From an uncultured delta proteobacterium (lineage in GTDB: Bacteria > Desulfobacterota > Binatia > Binatales > Binataceae): a stretch of DNA of 64,000 bases. The first letter of the stretch is position 1, and each line of letters opens with the position of its first letter. Below the pieces are notes generated by a model. That model was not told the origin of the DNA. It did no database searches and saw nothing but the letters and a program-made list of their open reading frames with translations. The translations under genes and the position numbers were made by a program. Of the stretch, positions 1 to 11,279 are shown one piece after another. The stretch covers positions 3,392,001-3,456,000 of the forward strand of contig CAWEEQ010000004.1 in the NCBI GenBank assembly GCA_963808235.1. Direction: 5' to 3'.

Positions 1-32
1 CTGAGTTTCGCCATCTGAGTTTTTTTGAAGCA

Positions 33-58
33 TTAGTCTAGTCACCTAATAGGATTAA
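33..58. promoter_or_regulatory. Candidate Rrf2 (CymR/IscR-like) operator upstream of the sulfate uptake operon
   Basis: AT-rich imperfect dyad TTAGTCTAGTCACCTAATAGGATTAA just before the first gene; resembles the dyads at 53162-53210. Confidence 0.35.
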
Positions 59-60
59 TC

Positions 61-255
61 ATGAAAGCGGACGCGCGACTGAACAACGAAATCGATACCC
101 CCCTAGACCACTCAGACGACGAAGTCCTGCGCAAGATCGCTAGCGCGATCAGCGGGGTCCGCTTCGGTTCAGTCGAAGTCGTGATCCAGGATTCGCGTGT
201 GGTGCAGATCGAGCGCAAGGAAAAGTTCCGCTTCGACAAGCCCGGTCGCGCATAA
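61..255 (+). CDS. YezD/DUF2292 family small protein (OscA-like)
   Basis: Motif I..AI.GVRFGSVEVVIQDSRVVQIERKEKFR; usual position ahead of sulfate ABC genes. Confidence 0.85.
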   Translation: MKADARLNNEIDTPLDHSDDEVLRKIASAISGVRFGSVEVVIQDSRVVQIERKEKFRFDKPGRA

Positions 256-420
256 GGTTTTCAACGTTGGCAACGTCGCAAACATTTTTCGAACACACAT
301 TTTTCAGAAGAGCTCGCCGGACCGGGGAAGGATCCGGGCGCTCTACGACAAAGCCGTTAATCATTAACCGCGAGCTGACCGGTCATCCGGAAGTTCCCCA
401 GACGATGAGGGGCTTCCGAG

Positions 421-1878
421 ATGAGAAAACACACTTTGCCGATCCGGCCGGTTCTGCTGGCAGCGGTAGTTGCCGGCGCGTTACTCCCCGCGAGGCTGGC
501 GCATGCACAGGCGAAGCTTTCCGTCGATCCGAAGGATCAGGAAATTGAACTGCTCAAGTCGGAAGTCAAGCAGCTCGAGCATAGGGTCGACACGCTGGAA
601 GGGCTTGACCAGAAAGTGAAAGTGATCGACCGCAAACTCGAAGTGCAGGCAGAGACCGAGCATCAGAAGTCGCTCGACATGCCGATCGTAAAGGTGGGCG
701 AGGAGGGATTCTCACTCTCTTCGCCAAATCACGACTACAATATCGGCTTCGGCGGTATCCTCCAGGGCGACGGCCGCTTCTTTACCAGCGGCAGTGACAA
801 GAACGTGGGCAGTACATTCTTCCTGAACCGAGTGCGCCCGATTCTGACCGGCTCAGTGGACAAGTACTACAATTTCAACATCACACCCGACTTCGGCCAG
901 GGCAGGGTCACGCTGCAAGACGCCTACCTGAATATCACTTACTGGGATTATGCAAGCCTGAGGACCGGAAAGTTCAAGGCCCCGATGGATCTCGAGCGAC
1001 TGCAGTCCGACCGTGATCTGGCGTTCAGCGAGCGTTCTGAGATTCAGAACCTGGTCCCGAACCGCGACACTGGTTTCAGCCTGCACGGCAGACTTCTGGG
1101 CGGCCGCATCTTCTATGACGCCGCGGTAATGAATGGAGTAGCTAACAACACTGCGGCAGACACTACCGACCTCGACACCAATGACGGCAAGGATTTCGTC
1201 GGCCGCATCTTCGCGACGCCGTTCGAGCTCGGCGAAACTGAATGGCTTAAGGGGCTGGGTTTCGGTATCGCCGGTTCTTATGGCGACGAGCGCGGCAGCA
1301 CTATCTCCACCTACAGGACCTATGGCATGAGTACGTGGTTCTCCTACAAGAGCGGCGTCAGCGCATCAGGCTTGCGCGCGCGCCTCGAGCCGCAGGCCTA
1401 CTACTACTGGCGCAGTTTCGGATTGCTCGCCGAGTACGCCTCGGATCAGCACTCGCTGAATCACTTCGTTAGTACTGCAAAGAAGTTTAAAAATACTACC
1501 GATACCTTCAGGGACGACGGCTACGTCGCGCAGGCCTCCTACCTGCTGACCGGCGAGGATGCGTCCTACGGCTGGGTCAAGCCGTATCATCAGTTCGACC
1601 CGCGCAACGGCACCTGGGGTGCATGGGAACTGGCCGCCCGAATCAGCAACGTGTCCGCCGATCCGCGTCAGTTTAGCCTCGGATACGCCAGTCCGACCAC
1701 GTCCGCGAAGACCGCGACCGAGTACGCGGCGGGCATCAACTGGTACCTCACCAGTCACATCAAGTGGCAGTTCGACTACGCGCGCACGTTCTTCAACGGA
1801 GGCGCGGGCGTGAAAGGCGCGATCAAGGATCGGCCCGACGAAAGCGTCTTCGAGTCGCAACTGCAGATCTCGTTCTGA
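421..1878 (+). CDS. OprO/OprP-family anion-selective outer-membrane porin
   Basis: Signal peptide, coiled coil, QDAY, GKFKAP, GAWELAAR motifs, C-terminal Phe (QISF). Confidence 0.85.
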   Translation: MRKHTLPIRPVLLAAVVAGALLPARLAHAQAKLSVDPKDQEIELLKSEVKQLEHRVDTLEGLDQKVKVIDRKLEVQAETEHQKSLDMPIVKVGEEGFSLSSPNHDYNIGFGGILQGDGRFFTSGSDKNVGSTFFLNRVRPILTGSVDKYYNFNITPDFGQGRVTLQDAYLNITYWDYASLRTGKFKAPMDLERLQSDRDLAFSERSEIQNLVPNRDTGFSLHGRLLGGRIFYDAAVMNGVANNTAADTTDLDTNDGKDFVGRIFATPFELGETEWLKGLGFGIAGSYGDERGSTISTYRTYGMSTWFSYKSGVSASGLRARLEPQAYYYWRSFGLLAEYASDQHSLNHFVSTAKKFKNTTDTFRDDGYVAQASYLLTGEDASYGWVKPYHQFDPRNGTWGAWELAARISNVSADPRQFSLGYASPTTSAKTATEYAAGINWYLTSHIKWQFDYARTFFNGGAGVKGAIKDRPDESVFESQLQISF

Positions 1879-1887
1879 GGCCACGCG

Positions 1888-2916
1888 ATGTTTAGAAGCA
1901 AATTGATTTATATGCTGGCCGCGATCTTGATCGTGGCGGCGAGCGTTTTCTTCGCTGTCGGTGCGCCGCGTGCGGCTCAGATTACGCTGCTGAACGTATC
2001 GTACGATCCGACTCGCGAGCTTTACGAATCGATCAACGCCCAGTTTGCGAAGGACTGGAAAGCAAAGACCGGCGACGACGTGACGATCAACCAGTCGCAC
2101 GGCGGCTCCGGCAAGCAGGCTCGCGCGGTGATCGACGGACTCGAGGCGGATGTCGTCACGCTCGGCCTGGCCGGCGATATCGACGCGATCGCCGAGAAGG
2201 CAAACCTGCTTCCGTCGAACTGGCAATCGCGCCTGCCAGACAATAGCTGCCCCTACACCTCGACCATCGTGCTGCTGGTGCGCAAGGGAAATCCCAAAAA
2301 TATTCGCGATTGGGATGACCTGGTGAAGCCGGGAATCTCGGTGATCACGCCGAACCCGAAGACTTCGGGCGGCGCGCGATGGAATTTTCTGGCCGCATGG
2401 GGCTACGCGCTCAAAAAGAACGGCGGCGACGAAACCAAGGCGACCGCGTTCGTCAGCGCGCTCTACAAGAACGTGCCGGTGCTCGACTCCGGCGCGCGCG
2501 GCGCGACCACGACCTTTGCGGAGCGCGAAATCGGCGACGTGCTGATCGGATGGGAAAACGAGGCGCGCATGGCGATCAAGCAATTCGGCGCCGACAAGTA
2601 CGAAGTTATCTATCCGTCGATCAGCATCGTCGCCGAACCGCCGGTCACGTGGGTGGACAAGGTCGCGAGCCGCCATGGCACCACAGCGATCGCGAAGGCT
2701 TACCTGGAATTTCTCTATACGCCCGCGGGCCAGGAGATCATCGCGCAGAACTTCTATCGTCCTCGCGATGAAGCTGTGTTGAAAAAGTACGCGGGCCAAT
2801 TTCCGACTCTGCCGATGGCCACCATCGACAAGGATTTTGGCGGATGGAAAAGCGCGCAACCGAAGTTTTTCGGCGACGGCGGCGTATTCGACAAGATCTA
2901 TCAGCCGGGAAGTTGA
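1888..2916 (+). CDS. sbp: Sulfate ABC transporter substrate-binding protein
   Basis: [38 protein letters not shown] motifs. Confidence 0.96.
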   Translation: MFRSKLIYMLAAILIVAASVFFAVGAPRAAQITLLNVSYDPTRELYESINAQFAKDWKAKTGDDVTINQSHGGSGKQARAVIDGLEADVVTLGLAGDIDAIAEKANLLPSNWQSRLPDNSCPYTSTIVLLVRKGNPKNIRDWDDLVKPGISVITPNPKTSGGARWNFLAAWGYALKKNGGDETKATAFVSALYKNVPVLDSGARGATTTFAEREIGDVLIGWENEARMAIKQFGADKYEVIYPSISIVAEPPVTWVDKVASRHGTTAIAKAYLEFLYTPAGQEIIAQNFYRPRDEAVLKKYAGQFPTLPMATIDKDFGGWKSAQPKFFGDGGVFDKIYQPGS

Positions 2917-2931
2917 GGTAATTCTGAGACG

Positions 2932-3771
2932 GTGACGACGCGACGAACCAACGTACTGCCGGGATTTAACCTGACGCTGGGCTTCACGCTCGCGTATCTC
3001 GGAATCGTCGTGCTGATTCCGCTTTCGACGATCTTCCTCAAAACTTTTACCCTCACCTGGCCGCAGTTCTGGGCCGCGGTCGCGTCGCCGCGCACGATCG
3101 CCGCGTACAAGCTGAGCTTCGGCGCCTCGCTCGCGGGAGCGCTGGTCAACTCGGTGTTCGGATTCATCGTGGCGTGGACGCTGGTCCGCTACGAATTTCC
3201 CGGTAAGACGCTCGTCGACGTGATGGTCGATCTGCCGTTCGCGCTGCCGACCTCGGTCGCGGGCATCACGCTGACCGCGATCTATGCGGGCAACGGATGG
3301 ATTGGCCGGTACCTCGCGCCGCTTGGAATAAAAGCCGCGTACACCCCGCTCGGCGTGGCGATCGCGCTTACGTTCGTAGGCTTGCCGTTCGTGGTTCGCA
3401 CGGTTCAGCCGGTGCTCCAGGATCTCGACAAGGAATATGAGGAAGCCGCGGCAACGCTAGGCGCGACCCGCGCGCAGACCTTCATGCTGGTGATCGCTCC
3501 GGCGCTGATCCCGGCTTTGCTCACCGGCTTCGCGCTCGCGTTTGCGCGCGCGCTCGGCGAGTACGGCTCCGTGGTGTTCATCTCGGGCAACATGCCGATG
3601 CATACCGAGGTGGTGCCGCTGCTGATCATGAGCAAGCTCGAGCAGTTCGACTACGCAGGCGCGACTGCGATCGCGGTCGTCATGCTGGTCGTCTCGTTCC
3701 TGCTCCTGCTCGGGATAAACGTGCTCCAGCGATGGAGCAGCCGGCGTCTCGGTGAGGCCGGAAATGGCTGA
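2932..3771 (+). CDS. cysT: Sulfate ABC transporter permease CysT (CysU)
   Basis: DLPFALPTSVAG, EEAAATLGA, ARALGEYGSVVFI motifs. Confidence 0.95.
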   Translation: MTTRRTNVLPGFNLTLGFTLAYLGIVVLIPLSTIFLKTFTLTWPQFWAAVASPRTIAAYKLSFGASLAGALVNSVFGFIVAWTLVRYEFPGKTLVDVMVDLPFALPTSVAGITLTAIYAGNGWIGRYLAPLGIKAAYTPLGVAIALTFVGLPFVVRTVQPVLQDLDKEYEEAAATLGATRAQTFMLVIAPALIPALLTGFALAFARALGEYGSVVFISGNMPMHTEVVPLLIMSKLEQFDYAGATAIAVVMLVVSFLLLLGINVLQRWSSRRLGEAGNG

Positions 3772-4666
3772 AACCACTGCCCGCGCGGATGTTTTGACTT
3801 ACGAGCCGAAAAATCCCGCCACCGAAGATTCGCCTATCGTGCGGCTCGCGCTGATTTCGATCGCGCTCGCATTCATGGCGCTGTTCGTGTTCATCCCGGT
3901 GATCGCGGTCTTCACGCAAGCGCTCTCGAGCGGTGTCGGCGCCTACTTCGCCGCGATCGTCGATCCCGAGGCGCGCGCCGCGATTCGCCTTACCCTGATG
4001 ACCGCCGCGATCGCGGTGCCGCTCAACGTTGGTTTTGGAATCGCCGCGTCGTGGGCGATCGCGCGCTTCGATTTTCCCGGCAAGCAGGCGCTGCTCACGC
4101 TTATCGACTTGCCCTTCTCGGTATCGCCGGTGATCTCCGGGATGCTCTTCGTTCTCCTGCTCGGCGTGCGTGCGCCAATCGGCGCGTTCCTCGCCGCTCA
4201 CGGGGTCAGGATCATTTTTGCCGAGCCGGGAATCGTGCTCGCGACCATCTTCGTCACCTTCCCGCTCGCCGCGCGCGAACTTATTCCAATCATGCAGGCG
4301 GTCGGCAGCGAGGAAGAGGAAGCTGCGATCGTGCTCGGCGCCGGCGGATGGCAAATGTTTTTCCGCGTGACGCTGCCCAACGTCAAGTGGGGCCTGCTCT
4401 ATGGGATGGTGCTGTGCAACGCGCGCGCGATGGGCGAATTCGGCGCGGTCTCGGTGGTCTCCGGCCATATTCGAGGGCATACGAACACGATGCCGCTGTA
4501 TATCGAGATTCTGTACAATGATTACCAGTTCGCGGCCGCGTTTGCGGTCTCGTCGCTGCTCACCCTGCTCGCGATCGCGACGCTCATCGCCAAGCGATTC
4601 CTGGAGCGCCGCGTGGTTCCGGCAAAACAGGAACCCGAAACGATCGCGCCCAAGGTCGCCGCATGA
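3764..4666 (+). CDS. cysW: Sulfate ABC transporter permease CysW
   Basis: [32 protein letters not shown] motifs; ATG at 3764 overlaps the cysT end. Confidence 0.95.
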   Translation: MAETTARADVLTYEPKNPATEDSPIVRLALISIALAFMALFVFIPVIAVFTQALSSGVGAYFAAIVDPEARAAIRLTLMTAAIAVPLNVGFGIAASWAIARFDFPGKQALLTLIDLPFSVSPVISGMLFVLLLGVRAPIGAFLAAHGVRIIFAEPGIVLATIFVTFPLAARELIPIMQAVGSEEEEAAIVLGAGGWQMFFRVTLPNVKWGLLYGMVLCNARAMGEFGAVSVVSGHIRGHTNTMPLYIEILYNDYQFAAAFAVSSLLTLLAIATLIAKRFLERRVVPAKQEPETIAPKVAA

Positions 4667-5733
4667 GTATCGAGCTTAGAAATATCAGCAAAAAGTTCGG
4701 CGACTTCGTTGCGGTTGATAATATCAGCCTGCATATCGAAACCGGCGAGCTGGTTGCGCTGCTCGGACTTTCGGGCTCCGGCAAAACTACCCTGCTCAGG
4801 ATCATCGCGGGCCTCGAAACTCCCGACACCGGCGAAGTGCTCTTTCATGGCGAGGACGCCAGCGCCGTCAGCGTCCGAGATCGCAAAGTCGGTTTCGTTT
4901 TTCAGCACTACGCATTATTCCGGCACATGACCGTGTTCGAGAACGTCGCGTTCGGACTGCGCGTGCTGCCACGGCCGGCGCGGCCAGACGAAACCGAGGT
5001 CGCGCGCCGCGTCCATGAGCTACTGAAACTCGTGCAGCTCGATTTCCTTGCCGACCGCTACCCGTCGCAGCTTTCCGGCGGCCAGCGCCAGCGCGTCGCA
5101 CTCGCACGCACGCTCGCAGTCGAGCCCAAAGTATTACTGCTCGACGAGCCATTCGGCGCATTGGATGCGAAAGTCCGCCAGGAACTTCGCCGATGGCTCC
5201 GTCGCCTCCACGACGAAATCAAAATCACCAGCGTCTTCGTCACCCACGACCAGGAAGAGGCGCTCGAGCTCGCCAACCGCATCGTCGTGATGAACAACGG
5301 ACACGTCGAGCAGATCGGATCGGCCGAAGAGGTCTATCATCATCCTGCCAACGCCTTCGTCTACAACTTCCTGGGCAACGTGAACCTGTTCCACGGGCGT
5401 ATCGAGAACGGGCGCGTCTTTATCGGCGATACCGCGGTCGAGCTGGAAAATACTCACGCCCACGCGCATCCCGAGACCGGCAAAGCGGTGCTCTACGTGC
5501 GGCCGCATCTGCTCGAAATCGTGCTGCAGCCAAACGGCAAGCAAACTTTTCCCGCCACCGTCAGATCGATTAATCCCGCCGGTCCGCAGGTCAAGGTCGA
5601 GCTGGTCGCCGAATGGGGCGACATGGTCCAGGTCGAGATCAGTCACGATCGCTACCAGATTCTCCACCTGGAGCCAGGCGCCCACGTGTTCCTGCGACCC
5701 AAGGAACAGAAGCTGTTCGTGTATCAGATCTAA
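4663..5733 (+). CDS. cysA: Sulfate ABC transporter ATP-binding protein CysA
   Basis: Walker [34 protein letters not shown]-terminal TOBE-like region. Confidence 0.95.
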   Translation: MSIELRNISKKFGDFVAVDNISLHIETGELVALLGLSGSGKTTLLRIIAGLETPDTGEVLFHGEDASAVSVRDRKVGFVFQHYALFRHMTVFENVAFGLRVLPRPARPDETEVARRVHELLKLVQLDFLADRYPSQLSGGQRQRVALARTLAVEPKVLLLDEPFGALDAKVRQELRRWLRRLHDEIKITSVFVTHDQEEALELANRIVVMNNGHVEQIGSAEEVYHHPANAFVYNFLGNVNLFHGRIENGRVFIGDTAVELENTHAHAHPETGKAVLYVRPHLLEIVLQPNGKQTFPATVRSINPAGPQVKVELVAEWGDMVQVEISHDRYQILHLEPGAHVFLRPKEQKLFVYQI

Positions 5734-5782
5734 TGCTGATTGCGGGAACCGCGCGGCCCTCGAAGCCGTTATCTAATATGCA

Positions 5783-6425
5783 ATGATCAAAAGCGCGAAT
5801 AACAACTCCAATAGTCACAACACACATCTGATCGGCAGGCGAGCATTCGTCGCAGCCATCGCCGCGATACCTGCTATCTTCGCATTCGGATACGCTGAAA
5901 TCGGCAGTCACCTCCGATGCGTCCGGCAATTCGCCGGATTCCGCAGCCTCGGGTATAGTCAAAGTATCGATCGTTGAATTCAGCGATTCCGGAAAAAGAA
6001 AAGGACTCGTGATGGAAGATAAAGTAGTCAAGACGGACGAAGAATGGCGCAAAGAGCTGACCCCCGAGCAGTACGAAGTCACGCGCAAAAAAGGCACCGA
6101 GCGCCCGTTCTCAAACTTGTACGCCGACAACCATGACAAGGGTCTCTACCGATGCATCTGCTGCGGCAACGCGCTGTTCGACTCGGACACCAAGTTCGAA
6201 TCTGGAACCGGATGGCCCAGCTTCTATCAGCCGATCGCGCCCGAGAACATCAAGACCGAAACCGACCGTAAATTCTTCATGAAGCGAACCGAAGTGCTGT
6301 GCGCGAAATGCGACGCCCACTTGGGCCACGTCTTCGACGACGGCCCGCGCCCAACCGGCCTCCGCTATTGCATGAACTCCGCATCGCTAAAGTTCATCAA
6401 GTCCGACGAACCGCAGAAGACCTGA
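5783..6425 (+). CDS. msrB: Peptide-methionine (R)-S-oxide reductase MsrB with Tat signal (one frameshift upstream of 6009)
   Basis: Core 6009-6425 has GTERPF, CxxC, GWPSF, HLGHVF, RYCMNS; upstream frame has the twin-arginine GRRAFV plus a hydrophobic stretch. Confidence 0.9.
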
Positions 6426-6431
6426 CGTACA

Positions 6432-6878
6432 TCAGCGATCGACTAGCTGCCACTGGATCAGCGTGAACCCTTCGACGTGATCCTCGAACACCGCTTCGAC
6501 CTCGGCGTCGATCTTCACCTCGCGCATCGCATCGCCGAGCAGGTTGCCAACCATCCGCACCTTCCCGGCGTCCCCAAGCTCGACGACAACTACAATGTAC
6601 GGGCACGCCGACTTCAGGGCCGGATGCGCCGGATGCCACACCCGCTCCCAACTGTAGATGCGCCCACGGCCCGACACGCGATGCCATCCGACGTCGAGCG
6701 TGTGGCACTTGTGACAAATCCACTCGGGACCGAACTGAAACGTCGCGCATTTATTGCAACGCTGCACGACCAGTTCATGGCGGCGCGCCGCCTCCCAGAA
6801 TTCACGATCGAGACCGTCGTGCATCGCGGCCGGCGCGGGCATTCCCGCGGGCAGATAAGTTTTCGATTGGTCGTCCAT
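6432..6878 (-). CDS. DUF35 Zn-ribbon/OB-fold protein (thiolase partner)
   Basis: FWEAARRHELVVQRCNKC...CHKC, GRIYSW, PYIVVVVEL. Confidence 0.9.
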   Translation of the reverse strand: MDDQSKTYLPAGMPAPAAMHDGLDREFWEAARRHELVVQRCNKCATFQFGPEWICHKCHTLDVGWHRVSGRGRIYSWERVWHPAHPALKSACPYIVVVVELGDAGKVRMVGNLLGDAMREVKIDAEVEAVFEDHVEGFTLIQWQLVDR

Positions 6879-6881
6879 CAC

Positions 6882-8052
6882 TCACCTGCGAAGGATCAGA
6901 TCGCTCACCGGCGCGACCATCGGGCCCGACACCACGATTGAAATCTCGGCGTCCTTGACCTGGCAGGTCGATGTGCCGCGCACCTGTCGCGCCGCCTCGA
7001 TTATCAGCTCGAGTCCGTGCATGTAGCACTCGGCCAGGTTTCCGCCGCTGGTGTTGATCGGCAGCCGGCCATTGGGCCAGGTCAGATTCTCGAACGTGCA
7101 GAAATCCATCACCTCGTTCGGATGACAAAATCCATGCTCGACGAGACTCGTCATCACCGCACCGGTGAAGTTCTCGTAAACCTGCGCAACGTCGACGTCC
7201 TTCGGCTCGATTCCCGCCATCGCGTACAGACGTGGCGCGAGCGTTTTGAAATTGGAGGTCGAGTAGTCGGGGCCATTCTCGGCAGCGGCGCCTTGGCGGA
7301 AATCGGAACCCTGCGCTGACGCCATCACGTACGCCGGGCGCTGCTTCAGATCGCGCGCACGCTCGGCGCTGGTCAGGATCACCGCCGCCGCGCCGTCGTT
7401 CTCCATGCAGCAGTCGTAGAGATGAAACGGCTCGACGATCCATCGCGACTCGTCGTAGTCCTTGCGCGTGAGCGGCTTGCCGTACATCACAGCGCGCGGA
7501 TTGAACTGCGCGTGGTGATAGCAGGCCATCGCGATCGCCGCGAGCGGGTCCTGCGTGATGCGATGCTCGTGCATGAAGCGGCGCGTCCGCAATGCGATCC
7601 ATTGCGCAGGCGTCGACATGCCGTACGGCCACGTGTACGCGGGCGCGCCGGAGATAGTGCGAATCGCCGGGGTCTGCCCGAAGCGGCCGAACTGCCCCTG
7701 CGCGAGTGCTCGATACACCACGACGCAGGTCGCGAAGCCGGCGACGATCGCGGCGGCCGCGTTGCCGATCGCGCCCGAGCCCCCACCACCGCCGCCGCCC
7801 CAGAACATGTTGGAGAAGCGCAACTCGGGGAGTCCGAGCGCGGTCGCGACGCGCACCGAGTCATTTCGATCGTTGCTGTAGGACGCGATTCCGTCGATCG
7901 CGGTGACCGGGATTCCTGCGTCGTCGGCGGCGCGCGCGAATCGCTTCGAGCGCCAGCCGAAACTCGCTGACCGGCGCGGCGCCGCGCTTGTAGTAGGCAG
8001 TCTCGCCGACTCCGGCGATAGCCACCTTGTCTTTGATGGTGAATTCGCTCAT
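6882..8052 (-). CDS. Thiolase-like (SCP-x/Ltp2-type) protein, frameshifted near 7920-7940
   Basis: N-terminal KVAIAGVGET; DCCMENDGAAAV, VYENFT, NTSGGNLAE motifs; Gly run where the N-terminal Cys usually sits. Confidence 0.85.
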
Positions 8053-8319
8053 CGCGGGCTTCTGCTCAGATCGCCTTAGCGAAATGCGCGCGAGAATCCA
8101 AGCGAAAGAGACAAGCCGGAGGATCGCAATTTTGGCGGATCTGGCTGTTTTTGAGTACCTTGCCGAGTCTTGACGGCGAAGGCTTGACGGCCAGGTTCTG
8201 AATCACGGGCAGGGACGCCCGTGCCACCGATCGGGGGATGGGAGATGCCACTGATCGGGGGAGAAATTGTCGTTGATCGAACACGAACCTATTGTAGCGA
8301 GTTGGATGGACAACGGTTG

Positions 8320-10390
8320 TCAGGCGGTGGCGCGATCGATCACTTCGAGCAGCGCGGCTTTTCGGATCGGCTTGGTCACGTGCTGGTCGCATCCGGCGTT
8401 GCGGCTGCTGATGAACGATTCGGACAGCGCGGCGGCGGAGAGTGCCACGATCGGGGTCGGGGTGCGATGATGGTCGCGTTCCCAATCCCGAATCGCGCGG
8501 GTCGCGGCATGCCCGTCCATCACCGGCATCTGAATGTCCATCAGGACCAGGTCGTACTTGTGGGCGATGAAGTGCTCGACTGCAAGCGCGCCATTTTCGA
8601 CCTCATCGATTCGGTACGGCGTATTCTTCAGGAACGCGGTGATCAGCATCCGGTTGTCCGCGGAATCGTCGGCGACCAGGATGCGCAACGGTTTGGACGG
8701 TGGTGCAGGCACTCGCGCTGGTGCATGCGCGCCGTTGCGCACCGCGGGCGCGAGATTCAATTTCGTGGAAGCGTCCTGGATTCGGAATCGTGCGCTGAAA
8801 TGAAAAGTGCTTCCGCGTTCGAGTTCGCTTTGCGCCCAGATCTTGCCGCCCATCAGTTCGACCAGCCGCTTGGCGATTGAGAGCCCGAGCCCGCTGCCGC
8901 CGTATTTTCTCGCGGTGGACGAATCGGCCTGAACGAAGGTCGCAAAAACCTGCTCGAGATCACTCGGTGCGATGCCGATTCCCGTATCGGTCACCGAGAA
9001 CTGAATCGCGCCCGCTTCGCCCGACGGGTCCTTCGATACCGTCAAGGCGATGCTCCCTTGCTCGGTGAACTTGGTCGCGTTGCCGATGAGGTTGACGAGA
9101 ATCTGGCGCACTCGAAGCGGGTCGCCAACCAGCGCGGTGGGCACGTTCGGCTCGATTCGCGCGGTCAAGACGAGCCCCTTCTCGCGCGCGCGGATGCCGA
9201 GTGTTTCGATCACCTGGTCGATTAAGCCCGCGAGGTCGAAGTTAACCTGCTCGAGGGTCAGTTTGCCGCTCTCGACTCGGGCCAAGTCGAGCACGTCGTT
9301 GATCAGCCCGAGCAGCGCGTTGCCGTTATCCATCATCGTGCCGAGGTAACGTCGTTGCTCTGCGTTGTACGGAGTTTCGAGCAATAGCTCCGCCATCCCG
9401 AGGATCGCGTTCAGCGGGGTGCGGATTTCGTGCGACATGCTGGACAGGAATTCTGACTTGGCGCGCGATGCGGCCAGCGCCTGCTCACGCGTCGCGATAA
9501 GCTCGCGTTCGGTCTCCTTCAGAAGCGTGATGTCGCGGCAGACGGTGATCACGCACTGCTCGCCTTGCAACTCCGTAATGGCGGCGGAAACGAGGCAGGG
9601 GATGATCGTGCCGTCTCGCGCGCGGAAACCCAGTTCGAGATTCTTGACCTGCCCGTGCGCGGTGACCTCGTCCTGGAAGCGTTTGCGATCGGCTGCGCTG
9701 GGCCAAACGCTGAACTTGAGATCCGACTCTCCGATCGCTTCGGCCCGCGTATAGCCGGTGATCTCGAAGGCGGGATTCACGTCGATATAGTGGCCGTCGG
9801 CGAGCGCGCTGATCGTGATGACGTCGGAACTGACGTCGAAGACCTTGCGCAGTTTCTCTTCGCTGACGCGGGTTTTGCGCTCGGATTGTTCGCGTTCCCG
9901 CGTGTAGCGTTCGCGCATCGCGGTTACCGCCTGAGCGATTGCCGGCCGCGGTCAGAACTCCTAGCCATTGCGCTGCTTCCTCTGCGCCGTGCCGACCCGC
10001 GCCGACTCGCATCGCCGACCATGCCACGACGCAAAGAATGTTGAATGAGCCCTGCCATCTCGACGGACCACGGAAAAATCGCGCCGGTACCCATCACCAT
10101 CAACATAATCGTCACCATGAACATGACGACTTCGCCATGCACCGAGCTAGTCACACCATCGCTGGCAACCACCATCGCACAGCCGATCCACATGATCGAT
10201 CGCCAATGCTCGCGAAAAATCACGGTGAAGCTGAGCGTCAGGAGTGTGCATCCGACTGCCAGGTCGAACAGAGAGTAGGCGAGGTGCAACGCCGCCGACG
10301 GATCCTGGCGAAACTCAGATCGGCAAGGCTGATCAGCGTCGAAATGATGATCAGCCCGGCGCCGCATCGAGCTGCTCTGAGCCGTCCATG
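8320..10390 (-). CDS. Membrane hybrid sensor histidine kinase/response regulator (TM-PAS-HisKA-HATPase-REC); 5' part frameshifted
   Basis: SHEIRTPLN, NLIGNATKFT, DTGIGI, GSGLGL, DLVLMDIQMP; hydrophobic segments in frames 9924-10390; start approximate. Confidence 0.88.
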
Positions 10391-10618
10391 CGTCTGTAGC
10401 AGAGTGCTGTCGTTGATGTCGGATTGCTCATCTATGACCAATAAGATGATGTGCAAGCGTAGTGCCGAGGTGCGATTGACCCGCCTTCAGCTACGGCGGC
10501 CTTAGCCGATCTGCTATCTCGCGAGTGTGGATGGCATGCCCGCTTTCGGGACATCAATCGGAAGACCGAGCGCCAGTCGTCACCGACTAGTTCGACTGCG
10601 ATAATGCACGTGGGTTCT

Positions 10619-11170
10619 ATGAAGCGATCAGGACATCCGCATCGATCCGCGAAACTACTGCGTCGATGCGAACTTGCGCGACGGCATCTCGATCCGAATC
10701 CGTGCGATCGGCGCCGACGATCAGGAGCGCCTGCATGAGCACTTTCGCGGGCTCAGCCAGCAGTCGATCTACTTCCGCTTCATGGGCTTCAGGCGCGATT
10801 TGTCGGCGCAGGATTTGAAGCATCTCACCGAACTTGATTTCAACGATCACGTTGGGCTCGCCGCAACGATCACTGAAGATGGACGCGAACGCTTCATCGG
10901 TGTCGGCCGATACCTGCGCCTGAAAGGATCCGCATCATGCTGAAGTCGCGTTCGCGGTACTGGACGACTACCAGGGACGCGGTGTCGGCACGCTCCTGCT
11001 CGAGCATCTGGCGGTCATCGCGCGCGCGGGCAATATCACGGAGCTGGAAGCGAGCGTGCTCTCCGACAACCGGAATATGCTCGAAGTATTCGCGCACAGC
11101 GGTTTCAAGATCCGTCACCCGCTCGATGCCGGGAGTGGTGAACCTTTACTACTCGACTATCAAGTCCTAA
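10619..11170 (+). CDS. GNAT family N-acetyltransferase (frameshifted)
   Basis: Stitched frames read LRDG..IRIRAI...SIYFRF...GVGRY...AEVAFAVLDDYQGRGVGTLLLEHL...NRNMLEVF; ends approximate. Confidence 0.78.
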
Positions 11171-11279
11171 AGATTCGTAGTCTGATACCTCGCCCTTATT
11201 TTTACGGGAGAGGAAGCCGGGTGCTGGCGGCCGATAGGTGAGATTCTGCTAATTGATTCAAAACATTTCGAGGTGCGCG

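Noticed and set aside
1366-2859. Long antisense ORFs (also 13140-14321, 23243-24616, 56387-57619 and others)
   Set aside because: These are shadow ORFs of well-supported high-GC genes and have no recognisable motifs.
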